Below are positions 15,660 through 30,169 of a DNA stretch of 64,000 bases, piece after piece. The stretch is taken from assembly GCA_951406725.2 (NCBI GenBank), contig OX597823.1, positions 28,520,001-28,584,000 on the forward strand, in the 5' to 3' direction. Source of the DNA: Octopus vulgaris. Its lineage: Eukaryota. The notes beneath the pieces were generated by a model. That model was given only the letters and a program-made list of their open reading frames with translations. It made no database searches and had not been told where the DNA came from. The stretch's first letter is position 1. Every line of letters begins with the position of its first letter. Position numbers and translations under genes: made by a program.

Positions 15660-16040
15660 TGGAAGACTTAGATAACGATTATTCTTTAGGTAACTGGGGC
15701 ACTTGGCACAACATCCAAAATGCCGCTTAAAAATTTAAGGTGTTGGCATTATGGCTCAAATTGTCGACCCTCAAAATAAAACACTATTCCTGTATTCTGC
15801 TAGAATCCTGAAAAAGATTCTTGAGTTGTGAAGAGACGTGTCATCAAACTTCAAGATAACAGTCCCCTAATTAAATGAGCATTTTCTAGCATGGCAACAA
15901 TACCTGTTGTCATAGATGCCCTAGGAATGATAGAAAAAAGGGGATATTGCTACCTAGCTCAGATACCAAGAAATGCCAAAATGAAAAAAAAAATGAAAAA
16001 AAGGTCATCATGTGAACCGCGCATATCCTACATAAAATAA
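15660..16040 (+). pseudogene. Two R4/Dong-clade LINE C-terminal (restriction-like endonuclease) remnants
   Basis: VTGALGTTSK...SARILKKILEL* and TIPVVIDALGMI...TAHILHKI resemble the R4 C-terminus PVVIGALG...TARILRKVL. Confidence 0.65.
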
Positions 16041-16342
16041 TCGTCGACGTAATCCCCAAAATACTCTAATCTCTAAGCAGTGTCAAAATGCTTTTAAATG
16101 TACCGAACAGCAAACAGCTTTTACTGACATCTTAACACCAGACTATCTATCATCTTATAATCAAATTACTTTTAAAACAAACTTCCAATTTACTTATATT
16201 TTGACAGCTATTCTTTGGAACAATACTCTGTACAAAACCAAAATATATGGCACACTAGTCATGACATCAACATGAACTTCTAACTTGTTGTCTCTTGAGG
16301 TCGCTGGGTGAAACTTGTACAAATACAATTCAAAAGTCAAAC

Positions 16343-16405
<63 letters not shown>

Positions 16406-16424
16406 CAACAACAACAACAACAAC

Positions 16425-16477
<53 letters not shown>

Positions 16478-16490
16478 TAATAGTAATAAT

Positions 16491-17320
16491 TAGTAGACAA
16501 TCAACGCTACAGTTAGTTGACAATCAAAGCTACTAAGCAACAAAAAGAAAACAAAAATACTGTGCAAATACAACATCACAGAAAAAAATTTACCTGAGAG
16601 AAAAGAAAAGCTAAAGCAAGATATCCTTGCTAAAACACAAAGGATCTGCCGGTATGAGAAACGCCAATGTTTCTTTGAACAAAACAAACAGTTCAACTCC
16701 AACCACAAAAATTTCTACTAAGAACTTGGCAAAAATAAAATAGACATCACTGCAGCACCAACGGCAGGAGAAGTGGAAGAATTCTGGAAAGAAATATGGT
16801 CGGCGAATGAACAACCTCAGAAAAGGAGTATTAAAACAACAAACTTAGCACCTGAGCAACTCTGGATCCCCATAACATCTGAAGCAACCCAGGCAAAGCA
16901 AAGACTAAGCAACTGGAAGGCACCTGGGCACGACAAGATCTCCAACTTCTGGTTGAAATATCTGACAGGAATGCACAAAAAGCTGGCTGGAAACTTTAGC
17001 GACATGCTGGTAGAGCCAGAGACAATGCCTGCATGGCTCACGAAAGGGAAAAACATCCTAATTCCCAAATCCAATGAGACAGCAAAACCACAAAACTAGA
17101 GACCTATAATCCGTCTCCCTACAATGTACAAAACATTTACTGCAGTAATATCGCAAAGATTGAACGAGCACCTGGACGAAAACAATCTGTTTCAAGAAGA
17201 GCAGAAAGGATGCCGCAAAAGCTCATCCAGCTGTAAAGATCAACTAATGATCAATAAAGCCATAACTGAAGACAGTCACAGAAAGAAGAAAGGCCTCATT
17301 ATGGCCTGGATCGACTACCG
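16491..17320 (+). pseudogene. R4/Dong-clade non-LTR retrotransposon reverse-transcriptase fragment inside (AAT)n
   Basis: Motifs LKQ..LAKTQRI.RY, EEFWKEIW, NWKAPGHDKISNFWLK, PAWLTKG..ILIPK, RPIICLPTMYK, EEQKGCRK, CKDQLMINK, MAWIDYR. Contains in-frame stops; flanked by (AAT)n on both sides. Confidence 0.9.
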
Positions 17321-17331
17321 AAATAATAATG

Positions 17332-17402
<71 letters not shown>

Positions 17403-17403
17403 C

Positions 17404-17449
<46 letters not shown>

Positions 17450-17475
17450 TAATAATAGTAATAATAATAATAATA

Positions 17476-17888
17476 ACATTGTTTTGTCTTGGTATAAAAG
17501 ATGTGCTACAGCAAATAGTCTGCTCAATACCACAGATTTGCTTGTCAGTTGTTTGACCTTAACCAGTTGAGCATGTCCCTTAGTGGCTGACGATATGTGC
17601 ATCTCTGATCACGAGCAGAAGTAGTGGGGGAGCATCATAGCCGTGTGTTGAGAGGGATTCTTGGAGGTTTGAATAATTCACCACTGGAAACATGGGTGCT
17701 TCGTTCAACATCCTTAAACAAGGTCATGTGCTGTTTATCTGGATATGAGATCACTATGTCGCGCACATAATCGTTGTGATGCATGTGTCTAGTGTGCCCT
17801 AATCAGACGGGTAATCATGATGGGCATACTTGGCTTCGTATATTTTACCCCGGTGTCACTTTGATGGCATGCATACTCTCTCACTCAA
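17476..17888 (+). mobile_element. Family C non-autonomous element, 5'-truncated with an internal deletion, in (AAT)n
   Basis: Reverse complement of 50464-50950, lacking ~80 bp at ccttaaacaa|ggtcatg. Strand is inferred from the (AAT)n tail. Confidence 0.85.
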
Positions 17889-17889
17889 T

Positions 17890-18085
<196 letters not shown>

Positions 18086-19714
18086 ATTTCCTTACAATGA
18101 TACACAGCCGTAATTTCATAGAATTAGTGTATAGTCAATATATTGTAACAACTGCATAACTGGTTGTTCTTTAATCGATCTCGAGTGAGAGAATCCAGGC
18201 AGAGTAAAGGCAAGTTATTTCTATTTAATTAAGGAGGTTTTCAGTAGCATATAAACATTTATTATTTAATGACATGGGAACATTTCTCGAGAGTGTCTGC
18301 TGATTGAAGTGCATAAATGTAAGAAGCTAGTGAATATAATGTACTGAACTGGAATTTATTTTTAACAAGTATCAATTATACTTGCAATGGGAAGGAAAGT
18401 TATTACAAGAAAAGTTATTAACGCTGATTAATTTTCTTCCCATTAAGGATTTATTCTAAAATTATTAATAATTATTTACCGTCCATTAAGCTAGTTATGT
18501 TAGTCCTCGCTTAAATACTTAAATACATAAGTACATAACTTCATATATGAACAGACATTGTACAACCAATGCTGTCTTCATGAAATTTTTCATTTTATTT
18601 CCAGAAGTTTCATAGAGATATTATTAAAGTGAAATAACCAAAGTGGGTGCAAACGAAACCTCTGGTAGCATATATATCTTCAATCCGTGATTAGTAGTGT
18701 ATTATAGATCTTTCAATCTATATATTAACGGCAGTTATCTTGCAACAGAACCATTACCAAATCGGTAGATTTCCTGCAATGAAAGAATCAATTTCTCTTT
18801 AAATTTTCAATACTTTGCAAATTGAAAATTTATTGAATATAAATCTACGTGATCACAATCAAAATATTATACATTTCAATGTGAAATATGGGAGGCTGAT
18901 CTGCTGCATACTTTCAGCGGCTAATTCTCCATTACTATGTGTTACGTTTCACCCAGCATAACAGAGTCGTTAATGCATCAATGGCGGAAAAGCTTTACAA
19001 TAGGCATTTGTATACATAATGACTCTTCATTCCATTTAGCATATATCTTCCCCACCATTACACAATCTGAATCTCTGATTTTCTGTTTCTATCTCTCTCG
19101 CTTCCGTTTTTCTCATCATGTGTGCCTGTGTGTGTATGTCTGTGCATTTATATATATATATATATTACAAACACACACACACTTATATATATACACGTAC
19201 GTACATACGTGCACGCTAGTTTTCCTAAAGACTCAGCTGTTATTACATATCATACAAATTCTCACCATTTCCTGATCCTTTATAAGCTTGCATGAAAATA
19301 AAAGATTTGTTGAAAGACGTAGAATATAACCGATTAATGCTGCATAAGTACATCTCACACACTCTTCCTCTCCCCCCTTCTCTCTCACTCACCATCTCTA
19401 TCTCTGTCTGTCTGTCGCTCTCTTTCTACACGCATACACACACACATGTATATATATATATTACCATCCTTCTATCTATATTTTAATTCCATATACCTTG
19501 CACGCGTTCTCTCAGTTTCTCTCTACATATATGAATATACGAGGGCATGCATACACAGAGACACGTGCGCGCGCGCACACACACACATATTATATCATTA
19601 TTATGAACAATGATTTGTGTAGGCTTTATGAAAAAATACGAACCTTTTAACTTTCCCAGCAGAAAAGGGTCGAGTTAAAACGCGCACATACACAAACACA
19701 CACACGCGCGTATA

Positions 19715-19872
19715 TACATACATACATACATTCATACATACATACATACATACATACATACATACATACATACATACATACATACACACACGCATACATA
19801 CATACATACATACATACATACATACATACATACATACATACATACATACATACACACATACATACATACATA
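19715..19872. repeat. (CATA)n tetranucleotide microsatellite
   Basis: Read directly; similar (TATG)n tracts lie at 27488-27900. Confidence 0.95.
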
Positions 19873-20042
19873 CTCAGATTGGGAGTTGCGTTGTGTTCTT
19901 CAGCAAAACACTTCATTTCGCGTTGCTCTTCGATCCTTTCGTCATCTGACATGTGACACACGGTACACCTGTACAAGTAATGTCAATTACTTATTATTAG
20001 GTAATTATAATAATTACTTATTATAATTACTTATTATTGTTT

Positions 20043-20255
20043 AAGGCGGTGAGCTGGCGGAAACGTTAGCATGCCGGGCGAAATGCTTAGCGGTATTTCG
20101 TCTGTCTTAACGTTCTAAGTTCAAATTCCACCGAGGTCGACTTTGCCTTCCATCCTTTCGGTGTCGATTGAATAAGTACCAGTTACACACTGGGGTTGAT
20201 ATAATCGATTTAATCCCTTTGTCTATCCTTGTTTCTCCCCTCTATGTTTAGCCAC
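20043..20255 (+). mobile_element. SINE family A, tail 1 truncated and fused to an H2 fragment
   Basis: Full head and body; after tttagcc the sequence switches to the H2 element (agccactaaac...). Confidence 0.85.
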
Positions 20256-20320
20256 TAAACTTTTTTCTATTTTCTCTCACCGTTTATTTCCGTGTTCCTT
20301 TCTGTCGAAGAGCTTAGGCT
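20250..20320 (+). ncRNA. H2 element fragment with 5' half of variant hammerhead (CUGUCGA)
   Basis: cctttCTGTCGAagagcttaggct, truncated before GAAA. Confidence 0.55.
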
Positions 20321-21566
20321 TTAACCTTTCGTGTTCAAATGCGTGTTTGTGTTCGTGAGTGTGTGCGTGTATACATCCTACATATTTATACATATCTATA
20401 CTGCATATAGAAATGTATATATACATGTATTTATAAGCGTTTAAGTTTGGGTATATGTATGTGTGATTTTTAATACATTCTTGCCTTACAAAACTGAATA
20501 ATTCCTCAGTTTTGTGTTTACACATACTGTTTCTCTCCCTCTCTCTCTCCTCCGCCTTTCTCTCTCTCACATACACGTTTCGACAACCGGTACTATTAGC
20601 TCGTGTATCCAGTGACCCCTCGTTAGTGCTGGATAATCTGATAACGTCCTTAATATTATAATTTCAAGTCAAACCGTGTAATTTCATTATTGATCTCGCA
20701 TAAATGTAAAACCTACCTATGTAGCAGAATGTCGATTTAATCGCCCCCACCCCAATGCCATAACCTGAAAGCATAAATGAAGATGATATCGATCTCAGGA
20801 AAATGTTCATTCAGCACATATATACATTAAACGGTTTTAAATGAAAGCCACAAGCACTCTTTCTGGTTTTTCTTTTTTCTTCCAGATTTTCCTTTATCTG
20901 GAATTAAATTTCACCGCTGTAGCGTGCGATCTATTATCAAGATAAAACGAGAGCCATTGCCTTGTCGCTCAACCTGTTAGAAATAGCAGCGATATTTTAA
21001 TCAATCCAGAGCATAATATAAAAAAAAAAACCCAAAACATGTAGGATATATTAAATAATGATATATTGTTTCCAAAAGGTATAAGTGGCTGCGTGGTCTG
21101 ATGCATAATGCATCTGACTTAGAATCAGAATATTGTGAGTTCCACAATAATCTTTTAAAGTTGGTGCTCCAGCATGGCAGCAGTCAAATGACTGAAACAA
21201 GTAAATGAGTAGTCAAGATTTTCCCTCCCGTTTGTACACAGCCTCCTTGACGGAGGGGGTGCGAAAGGTAAACTGTATGAACATAACGAAGAAACCTTTT
21301 AGTACATATCAGTCTAGCCGCCGATTGTTATTCAGTATTACTGCAAATTGGCGAACTGAAGATGAATTCTGATACTGCATCACACAATACAGAACAGAAT
21401 TGGCCACTCAGCCACTGGTACTTGAGTTTGCTAATTCAATATATTACCTCAGTGAGACGCCAGCGTGCCTACGATGTTGTCATCTTTTTCTCATGAAGCT
21501 TCAGTTGTGTTGGCAAGCCATAATGATATAAAAATTATATGTGAAAATATAAGTGTTGTTTGGGAA

Positions 21567-21780
21567 AGCGGCGGGCCGGCAGAAACGTTAGCAAGCCGGG
21601 CGAAATGCTTAGTGCTATTTCGGCTGTCTTTACGTTCTGAGTTCAAATTCCACTGAGGTCGACTTTACCTGTCATTCTTTCGGGGTGGGTAAATTAAATA
21701 CCAGTTGCGTACTGGTGTGGATCTAATAGACTGGTTCCCTCCCCTAAAATTTCGTACCTTGTGTCTAGAGAGGAAAAGTA
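21567..21780 (+). mobile_element. SINE family A, tail type 2, with TSD
   Basis: Flanked by atataagtgttgttt on both sides. Confidence 0.85.
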
Positions 21781-21946
21781 TATAAGTGTTGTTTAGGCAC
21801 AGGTAATTTCTAATCCAGTAGTATTATTGTAAAAAAACATCAACGATACCAACCTCCATGTGCACATTGTATTCACTGCGAGATTGCAATGTAAATTTTA
21901 TAAATATAGGCGCAGGAGTAGCTGTGTGGTAAGTAGATTGCTTACT

Positions 21947-22990
21947 GCTACCGAGTTGTCATGTTCTTTTTCGTTGCGGTGAAAGTCAAGTCGGACGTGA
22001 AAAATTGAACATTTGAAGCACGACCACAGTTAAGGCATTTGTTTGGGGGGAGGGGAACTTAGTGAAGTCTGTTGCCCGTATGGTTAAATTTTTTTTCGAA
22101 CCATGGTACCCACTGAGTTCCAGATATTTCTTTGCCAGTGGTCATACTAAAAGATTCACATTTTAGTGAGAATTGTGTGTGTTTCTGGGAGGCGTGTCCG
22201 TCCGAAAGGTTTTGGGAATTTTCTATGACTGTGTTTGTGCCATAGCCAGAGTTGGACTGAACACTATTTGTGCTGCGAAGGACTACCAGTTTGGATTACC
22301 AGAGTAGCAGGATTGTGTTGTGTTGTATTGCCATTTTGAATTATCTTCCTTCGCTCTTTCTTTTCCTATCTGTCTTTCTGATATTTTTTGAGTTTCTTTA
22401 TAGACTTTCATTTGAACATTTTGATTTTTGTTTGTGGATTTTAATTTTTTTTTTTGGCTATCAATATGATAACTGTGAAATCCGCTTTGGAGGGGCGAAT
22501 TTTGGCCCCCAAAGAATGGATGAAAAATTATAAACGGTGGTGTTAAGGACTGATTCCAGGGTCCTTGACACCATCAAGGTCTTCTCTTAGGAAGAAATTG
22601 AGGAGGAGTTGGCAGACTATCTGCCAACTGTTAGGTTTATCCGCAGGGGTGCGAAGTATGGAACTGTGTGTGTACGTTTTGACATACCTGCGCAAGCTCG
22701 TAATTTTGCGAGCACGCCTTTGGAGGGGGAGAAAATTTTGTTTCTCCCTACTTATGTCGGTAGAATGTTGACAAGGGCCTGGCTTCGTGGGCTGCCACCC
22801 GGGCCTGCCAATGCAGGCTTTCCTGCAGGCGGCAGGAATCTTACTTGGGGACCCAGATCAGGACGATTCATGAAAATTGAATTTTTGTATCTTTTGAATC
22901 TTTGATTTTTAAATTGAAGAGTGTTTTCGAGGGGTTATCGGTTGGCGGGCACCGGTGCCCTTTCCATTTTTATTCATGTTTGTCGTTATC
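21947..22990 (+). mobile_element. Possible Tx1/L1-like 5' UTR plus ORF1 remnant, lying between a SINE B head (21907-21946) and a SINE B tail (23030-23110)
   Basis: 22466-22803 encodes an RRM-like stretch, EEELADYLPTVRFIRRGAKYGTVCVRFD...FLPTYVGRMLTRAWLRGLPPG, with stops and frameshifts upstream. Confidence 0.45.
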
Positions 22991-24355
22991 ATCTTCATCA
23001 CATTAATGTCTTTGCCCAGCCCGCAGCTGTCTGGGGTCGATTTGCCCGACTCTAGGCGGCGTTCTAGCATCGCAGCAGTCAAAATGACTGAAACAAGTAA
23101 AAAAAAAAAAGAATATGGCCGATGTCTCTAACATGTAGCACAATAAATGAAATGATATCTGACTGAAAATAAAGGGATGTCTGTGACAACTAATTTTCTT
23201 TATTGTGGGTGAATACGAATCAATTATTTCTATCAGAAGCAATACCTCCATCCAATCCTTTGGGAACATGTTTCTTCAATTTCATTCTCTTTACAAAAAT
23301 AGGAGATCAGAAGAAGTCATAGACTTCCTTTAAGTTCAGAGAATGTTATCTTCTAAAACTTCAGAAACTCACACTCTATTTTAAAACACAATTTCGTGAT
23401 TTGTGATGCAGCCATTATTTTTATCATTTTACAACTTTTTCATTCGTTTTATCAGTTTATTAGTCTTGTAAAAGTATATCTTCATAACAGATCATACGAT
23501 CCTCCAATATATTATCTTATTGTCAATTTCGTCTGTTCATATATTAAACCTCATTCTCTATTAGGATATTTATTACTGCACCATTGTGTCTGATTTATTA
23601 CTTTTCGTAATTTTCAGCATTTTTTCATACCTATTTAAAACAAGTATGCTGCATTAATAGATGTCTTTTTATATTGTAATAATCATTAATCCACCCTAGA
23701 ACTATTACACTACCTTCTGATTATAAAATCTGTATGAAAGCATTTAAAAAAAAAAAAAACATTAAATTCATACAGCCGAACAAAATAAAAAATATTCTAT
23801 TTTTTTCCCTTTCTTTAATACTAACAAGAGCATAATATGAGAGAGAATGTGTTTATTTCTACCACACGACACTTATTATCGCACACATGCAAACACACAC
23901 ACACACACGCACACACATACATTCATATATGTGTGTGTCTTTTAGTTTTTGGTTACTTATATACATCAACAAATGAGTCAATTGAATAACATTGAGTTGT
24001 TCAATTTGCTAGAAAAAACAGCGAAATCTCTCTCATACTATGCTCTTGTTAGTATTAGTATTAAGGAAAGGGGAAAAATAGAGTATTTTTGATTTTGTTC
24101 GGTTGTATGAATTTAATGTGTTTTTTTTTAAATGCTTTCGTACATCATTTGATACAAGAAAAAAGAAACTAGAAAAATCCTGACAAAATCAGAGAAATTG
24201 TAACTCAACAAAAAATATAGAAAGAGAAAGATTTTTATCTGAGGTGTAATTTTATGATAAAATCAAATTCAAATTTGAAATTTAGGAACATAACACTTAA
24301 CATGCTATCTGTTCGGTGTATGGCCGAATTCAAATGGGTAGAAGACCTAAAACAA

Positions 24356-24395
<40 letters not shown>

Positions 24396-24706
24396 TTAGG
24401 ATTTTAATAGCCAGGGGTCAATTTCAGTTCAATCGTAGAAATGAATTCAAATACATACCAGCCACTCCCTCTCACTCAATCTCTCTCTCTCATTTTATCT
24501 CTGCCTTGTTCGACACACACACACACCTTAATTTTCTCATTAAAATCGTTGCTGCTTCGGTGATTTCCAGAATTTACAAGATATCTAGTTAAAAATCTTT
24601 ATTTAAGCAGCAAAATTTTTTCAATGATTTCTTTCTCATAAGCGTGACACACACGTCAGGTACGTACACAAAACAAATTGGCGTATTAATATTATTGACA
24701 ACAATC

Positions 24707-24910
24707 CTCTCTACTATAGGCCCAAGGCCTGAAGAAAGGGGCTAAGTCGATTACATCGACCCCAGTACGCACAGGAACTTAATTTATCGACCCCGAAAAG
24801 ATGAAAAGCAAAGTCGACCTCAGTGGAACTTGAACTCAGAACGTAGTAACGGGAGAAATACCACTAATCATTTTGCCCGGCGTGCTAATGATTCTGTCAG
24901 CTCGCCACCC
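24707..24910 (-). mobile_element. SINE family A, tail type 2
   Basis: Colinear with the family A consensus. Confidence 0.85.
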
Positions 24911-24915
24911 TAATA

Positions 24916-24957
<42 letters not shown>

Positions 24958-24959
24958 GT

Positions 24960-25240
24960 GACATTCTTGAGAAGTACATGGAACAAAGAGGGGGCTGCAA
25001 TAACGGTTGAGCACTTGCATAAAACACCACTGCTTGGAACAGCTTGATTACTACGGATGGTGCTCTAAAAATTAGGGTTTTTACCTTAGTTCACTAGCAG
25101 TGAACTTTGACACCGTGTTACATCTAAGGCATTAGAAGCTGTGCAAAAACAATAAATCAATAATAATAAAAGTAATAATAATAATAACCAATCGATATAA
25201 ACGTATCTGTCAAGACCTACCAGAAACTAAGCAAATAATA
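24960..25240 (+). pseudogene. R4/Dong 3' end with UTR and (AAT)n tail, plus a small endonuclease fragment
   Basis: LEKYMEQ../AAITVEHLHKTPLLGTA*LLRMVL*, then a 3' UTR into aataataa. PIDINVSVKTYQKLSK at ~25188-25238. Confidence 0.65.
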
Positions 25241-25369
25241 ATATTAATAATAATAATGATAATAATAATAATAATAATAATATTAATAATAATAACAATA
25301 ATAATAATAATAATAGTAGTAGTAATAATAATAATAATAGTTATAATAGTAATAATAATGATGATGATG

Positions 25370-25416
<47 letters not shown>

Positions 25417-25529
25417 CCATTCTACTGGAGGCCTCAGATTTTGAGGGAAGGAATTAAGTCGATTAAATATAACACAGTATATAACTGGTACTTATTTAAT
25501 AAACTCCGAGAGAATGAAACAATATCTAG

Positions 25530-25545
25530 AAGTAGTAGTTGCAGA

Positions 25546-25609
<64 letters not shown>

Positions 25610-25675
25610 ATATCAGATGCAGTAGTAGTAGTAATAGTCGTCGTCGTCGTAGTAGTAGTAGTAGCAGCAGCAGCT

Positions 25676-25752
<77 letters not shown>
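25530..25752. repeat. (AGT)n/(AGC)n compound microsatellite
   Basis: Read directly. Confidence 0.95.
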
Positions 25753-26101
25753 TGCTGTAGCACCAGTCTTGATTCCAAAATGTATCATGCGACAAATCTG
25801 CTAGAGAAGAGTGGAATCGATTAAAAACGAAGACATTATTTGATCAGGAGTCAAAGAGCTGTTTGTGTTGGCACCTGCCTGGATGTCTGACCAAGGTATT
25901 AATTAACAAAGAGGGAATGTGTCCCTGATACAGGCAGAAACGTATAATTACATGTCCAATATGTTTAGACTCTCCTCCTAACAGCTTTCTTTTCAAATCA
26001 ATGTCGAATAAAAATTGTATACATAATTCTACTGATGGGCATCCATAGTTACATAAACACACTCACACACATATATATAGAGGAGTACAAACACACATAA
26101 C

Positions 26102-26140
<39 letters not shown>

Positions 26141-26817
26141 GCATACAATATTCGAATTTATGTGCTGGCATTTATATATAAATATATATATATGCGCGCG
26201 TGTGTGTGTGTGAGTGTGTGCGTGTGTGTGCGTAAACCTGGATATAGACATATATGCGTTGCATTTCAGTATGTATAGACAAATTTATGCACGTGTGTAT
26301 ATACATACATATACATATGTATATATACATGTGTGTATATAAATATATGATTGCATGTATATGTTTGTATGGTGCGAGATGGGGGGAGCTACGACTGGTG
26401 GCCGGTTTATACTCTACTTGCTTTGTTTTTATTGATAATTGTACACAAGTGCCCTTCCATGGCAGCGAGAATTTGTTATCTTCTATAAAAGAAATATTTT
26501 ACCGAAAATCGTCAATGATTTTATAATCAACGCTGTCTTTGTTCTTGTGTTGTCGAATATAATATTGCATTACACTGTTTATTCAAGTGGAATATGCTTG
26601 TAGATATCAATATCACGTTACTGGTATTTAATTTCATCCTTTTTGCGGAGTTTGACGACCAATACCAGTCTGCTGTGTAAGCATTTCAACGACTTCTCTT
26701 TCTTTCGTAACAAAAGTTACTTCTTAGCAGACTTTTGAATTCGAAACATAGAAAGCAGGCATATCTATATACATACTTGACATAAGATCACACTTAACCA
26801 GGACTCCACAAACATGC

Positions 26818-26880
<63 letters not shown>

Positions 26881-26887
26881 GCACATA

Positions 26888-27078
26888 TATAGGGAGAATT
26901 CACAAAAAAAATCAAAAGATGGAGACAGGTAGCATAGACAAGAAACAGATGCATTAGTATAACGATCAGGAAGTGAAAAAGTCTTTAACGTTTCGATCCT
27001 ACGCTCTTCCACAGAAAGGAACACAGACAGAAACAAGGAGAGAAAATAAAGAATGTGTAGTGGCTAGCGATCTATCAT
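26888..27078 (-). ncRNA. H2 element with variant hammerhead (CUGUGGA)
   Basis: Reverse complement of 26982-27018: cttt CTGTGGA a gagc gtag gatc GAAA CG TT aaaga. Embedded between TA-rich tracts. Confidence 0.7.
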
Positions 27079-27089
27079 ATATATATATA

Positions 27090-27160
<71 letters not shown>

Positions 27161-27294
27161 CGTGTAAATGTCTGCTTTATGTTAAAATAAAAATCAATTT
27201 TAGATTAAACTGAAAAACTGAAAATTTAATACTTTTTGCTCGTACATATGGACAATTCTTTAGGAAGAAAACTATTGCCTGTGACTTGGAAGTT

Positions 27295-27487
27295 GCTTCT
27301 GATCAGAGATGCACATATCATCACTAAGGAGCATGCTCAACTGGTAGAGGTCAAACAACTGACAAGAAAAGCTGTGGTATTGAGCAGAATATTTGCAATT
27401 ACCCATCTTCTATACCAAGACAAAACAATGTACATGATAACACTTCCAATCAGTTAAGATCAGAAACCATGAGAGCTACTGCCTGGT
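27295..27487 (-). mobile_element. Family C fragment
   Basis: Matches 50803-51004. Confidence 0.85.
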
Positions 27488-28690
27488 GTATGTATGTATG
27501 TATGTATGTAGGTATGTATGTATGTATGTATGTATGTATGTATGTACATGTGCCGATTTGTATTTATTCTCATGCATATATTTGCATGTATAAGCATGCG
27601 CATATATATTTAAGTAAGAAACTTCAGGAAAGTTTTACAGATTTTCACAATTCGAGTGATGACTTGGATGACCTGCAATGTTGTATGTATGTATGTATGT
27701 ATGTATGTATGTATGTATGTATGTATGTATGTATGTATGTATGTATGTGTGCATGTATGTATGTATGTATGTATGTATGTATGTATGTATGTATGCATGT
27801 ATGTATGTATATATGTATGTATGTATGTATATATGTATATATGTATGCATGCATACATGTATGTATGTATATATGTGTGCATATGTGTGTATATGCAGGT
27901 ATGTATACATGTTGCATGTGGTTATAAGATTTATAAGAACTCCAAAGAATTTTTCTCACGTCATCTAAGCGATGTATAACTTATATAAAGTGCCAAACCA
28001 ACAATTATAAATCCTTATATATTACTCGAGGCTATGACGAAATAAAACGGTTATGAACAAATATCTGTTGCACCATATTATTAGAGATGCCATATTATTG
28101 ATCTTCCCCTACAACAAAAGTCGTATATTTATCGTGTGATACCTTTATCTAGAGTAAAGTTCTCTGTCGATTGTCGAAATGGTGCAATATATTTTCTAGG
28201 GATGTGGAAAGATAACTGGTTGATCCCTAAAATAATAAACTAAAGCATAAAAATATTTACGTAAAGCAAAAATATGTAAAAATATTTACCGTGAAAGTAG
28301 CTATTACTTAAGGAAATGAAATTTCATTTAGAAGACGGGACTGATTGTGTTAGTGTCGTGAAATTTATTTATTTATTTTTGTATATGAAGTCATAAGAAT
28401 GCCGGAGAAGTAATTAAAGAATTAATAATGTACTTTAATTGTAATAGAAAATCCTCTTTTTTATTAGAGCTCTTACAATTGTTGTTCGTTGGTAGCGAAA
28501 TAGAACTGAAGTGAAAGAAAATTCTTGTAAATGTTTTTCCTATCTTTAAAATTAAGTTTGAGTTATACCATTAAATATCTTTTGCTCTGAATTTTAATCT
28601 TGATGGCAATATAGCAAGATGTATACAATGTTTATCTGTAAATTTCATAACGGGATTCATTGTAATACAGAAGCAATAATGAACACAGCC

Positions 28691-29056
28691 GCATCTGCCG
28701 ATAAAGAGGCGGAGGTATTGTTTTTAGTCGGGTTTGTTTGTTGGTTTGTCTGTGGACAAGATATCTCAAGAACTACTGGATGGATTCGAATGAAACTTTT
28801 AGGGATGTTTGGCCTCGTGATTGGTACGAACTATTTAGATTTTGGGATCGATCCGGTACTGGACAAGGATTCTCGATTATTTTTCCTCTTTTTTACTTAA
28901 TATTTGTGAACGGTCGGGTTCATCATCAGTATCCTCGTTTGTGAGAGCTGTCGATTTTATTTCAGATATTCTCATTTAAAAAATCATCTCTGGCTAATCG
29001 TTGCGAGGACGTTGCTGTTGCTTTGGTGGAGGTTTGTGCTCTCCCAGTGCTCTTGT
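28691..29056 (+). mobile_element. Non-autonomous Helentron/DINE-like (HINE) element
   Basis: 5' hairpin tctgcc..ggcggag, 3' ggtggaggtttgtgctctcccagtgctcttg. Paralogous to 9057-9450. Confidence 0.7.
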
Positions 29057-29402
29057 CAATATTAGGTTTGGGGTAGAATACTTGGGAAAATGATAAGATT
29101 TTTAAGTGTGTAAAATATTGTCGTTCGCTTTTCGGTTGGACATTATTTTCGTATCGAAATTTAAAGTTATATAACAAAATTATTATATGGTTAATTTCAA
29201 ATCAATTAGTAAAATTTATATTTCACTAATTGTGTTAGCAAATATATTTTACTAAATAATGCTATGGGGACTTTCCTAAGCCTATTACATGACCATCGGC
29301 TCTGTATTATACACCAAATAGGTTGGAAATACTTTTGAAAACAAAATATCTAAAATATATATTCGATTAATTTCAAAAACCTCTGCCGTATTGTGTATTT
29401 AA

Positions 29403-29816
29403 TTCTTTATTGCCCACAAGGGGCTAAACATAGAGGGGACCAACAATGACAGACAAAGGGACTAAGTCGATTTCATCAACCCCAGTGCGTAACTGGTACT
29501 TATTTAATCGACCCCGAAAGGATGAAAGGCAAAGTCGAGCTCAGCCGAATTTAAACTCAGAAGGTAGCCGCAGACGAAATGCCTATTTCTTTATTACCCA
29601 CAAGGGGCTAAACATAGAGGGGACAAACAAGTACAGACAAACGGATTAAGTCGATTACATCGACCCCAGTGCGTAACTGGTACTTAATTTATCGACTCCG
29701 AAAGGATGAAAGGGTAAGTCAACCTCGGTGGAATTTGATCTCAGAACGCAGCGGTGGACGAAATATCACAAAGCATTTCGCCCGGCGTGCTAACGATTCT
29801 GCCAGCTCGTCGCCTT
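29403..29816 (-). mobile_element. SINE family A dimer within one TSD
   Basis: Full unit plus head-truncated unit; both sides flanked by gccgtattgtgtatt. Confidence 0.9.
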
Positions 29817-30169
29817 TGCCGTATTGTGTATTCCCATGCAAACATGAAACGATTAGCCTTTGTTTTACTTCTTACACAGGGTAAATAAACAAATTTGGAA
29901 TCATCTTACTTGTATATTGTTCTAAGTATCACAATGTCTGATTTCTTTGCATTTTTTGTCATTAATGGTGCAAAATCGCTCGCCTTAACTTTCTGAATTC
30001 AAATGCCCTTCATCCTTTCGGGGGCCAATAAAAGTAAGTGCCACTTGAGCACAGAGTTGATTGCAATAAGCACAAGGGCTGAGATATTAATAGCGCAAAA
30101 TAGACATAGTATATTCTCATAGTATATTGTCCTCAAAATGGATAAAAGTATCGGTTTCCAGGCTGTAAG

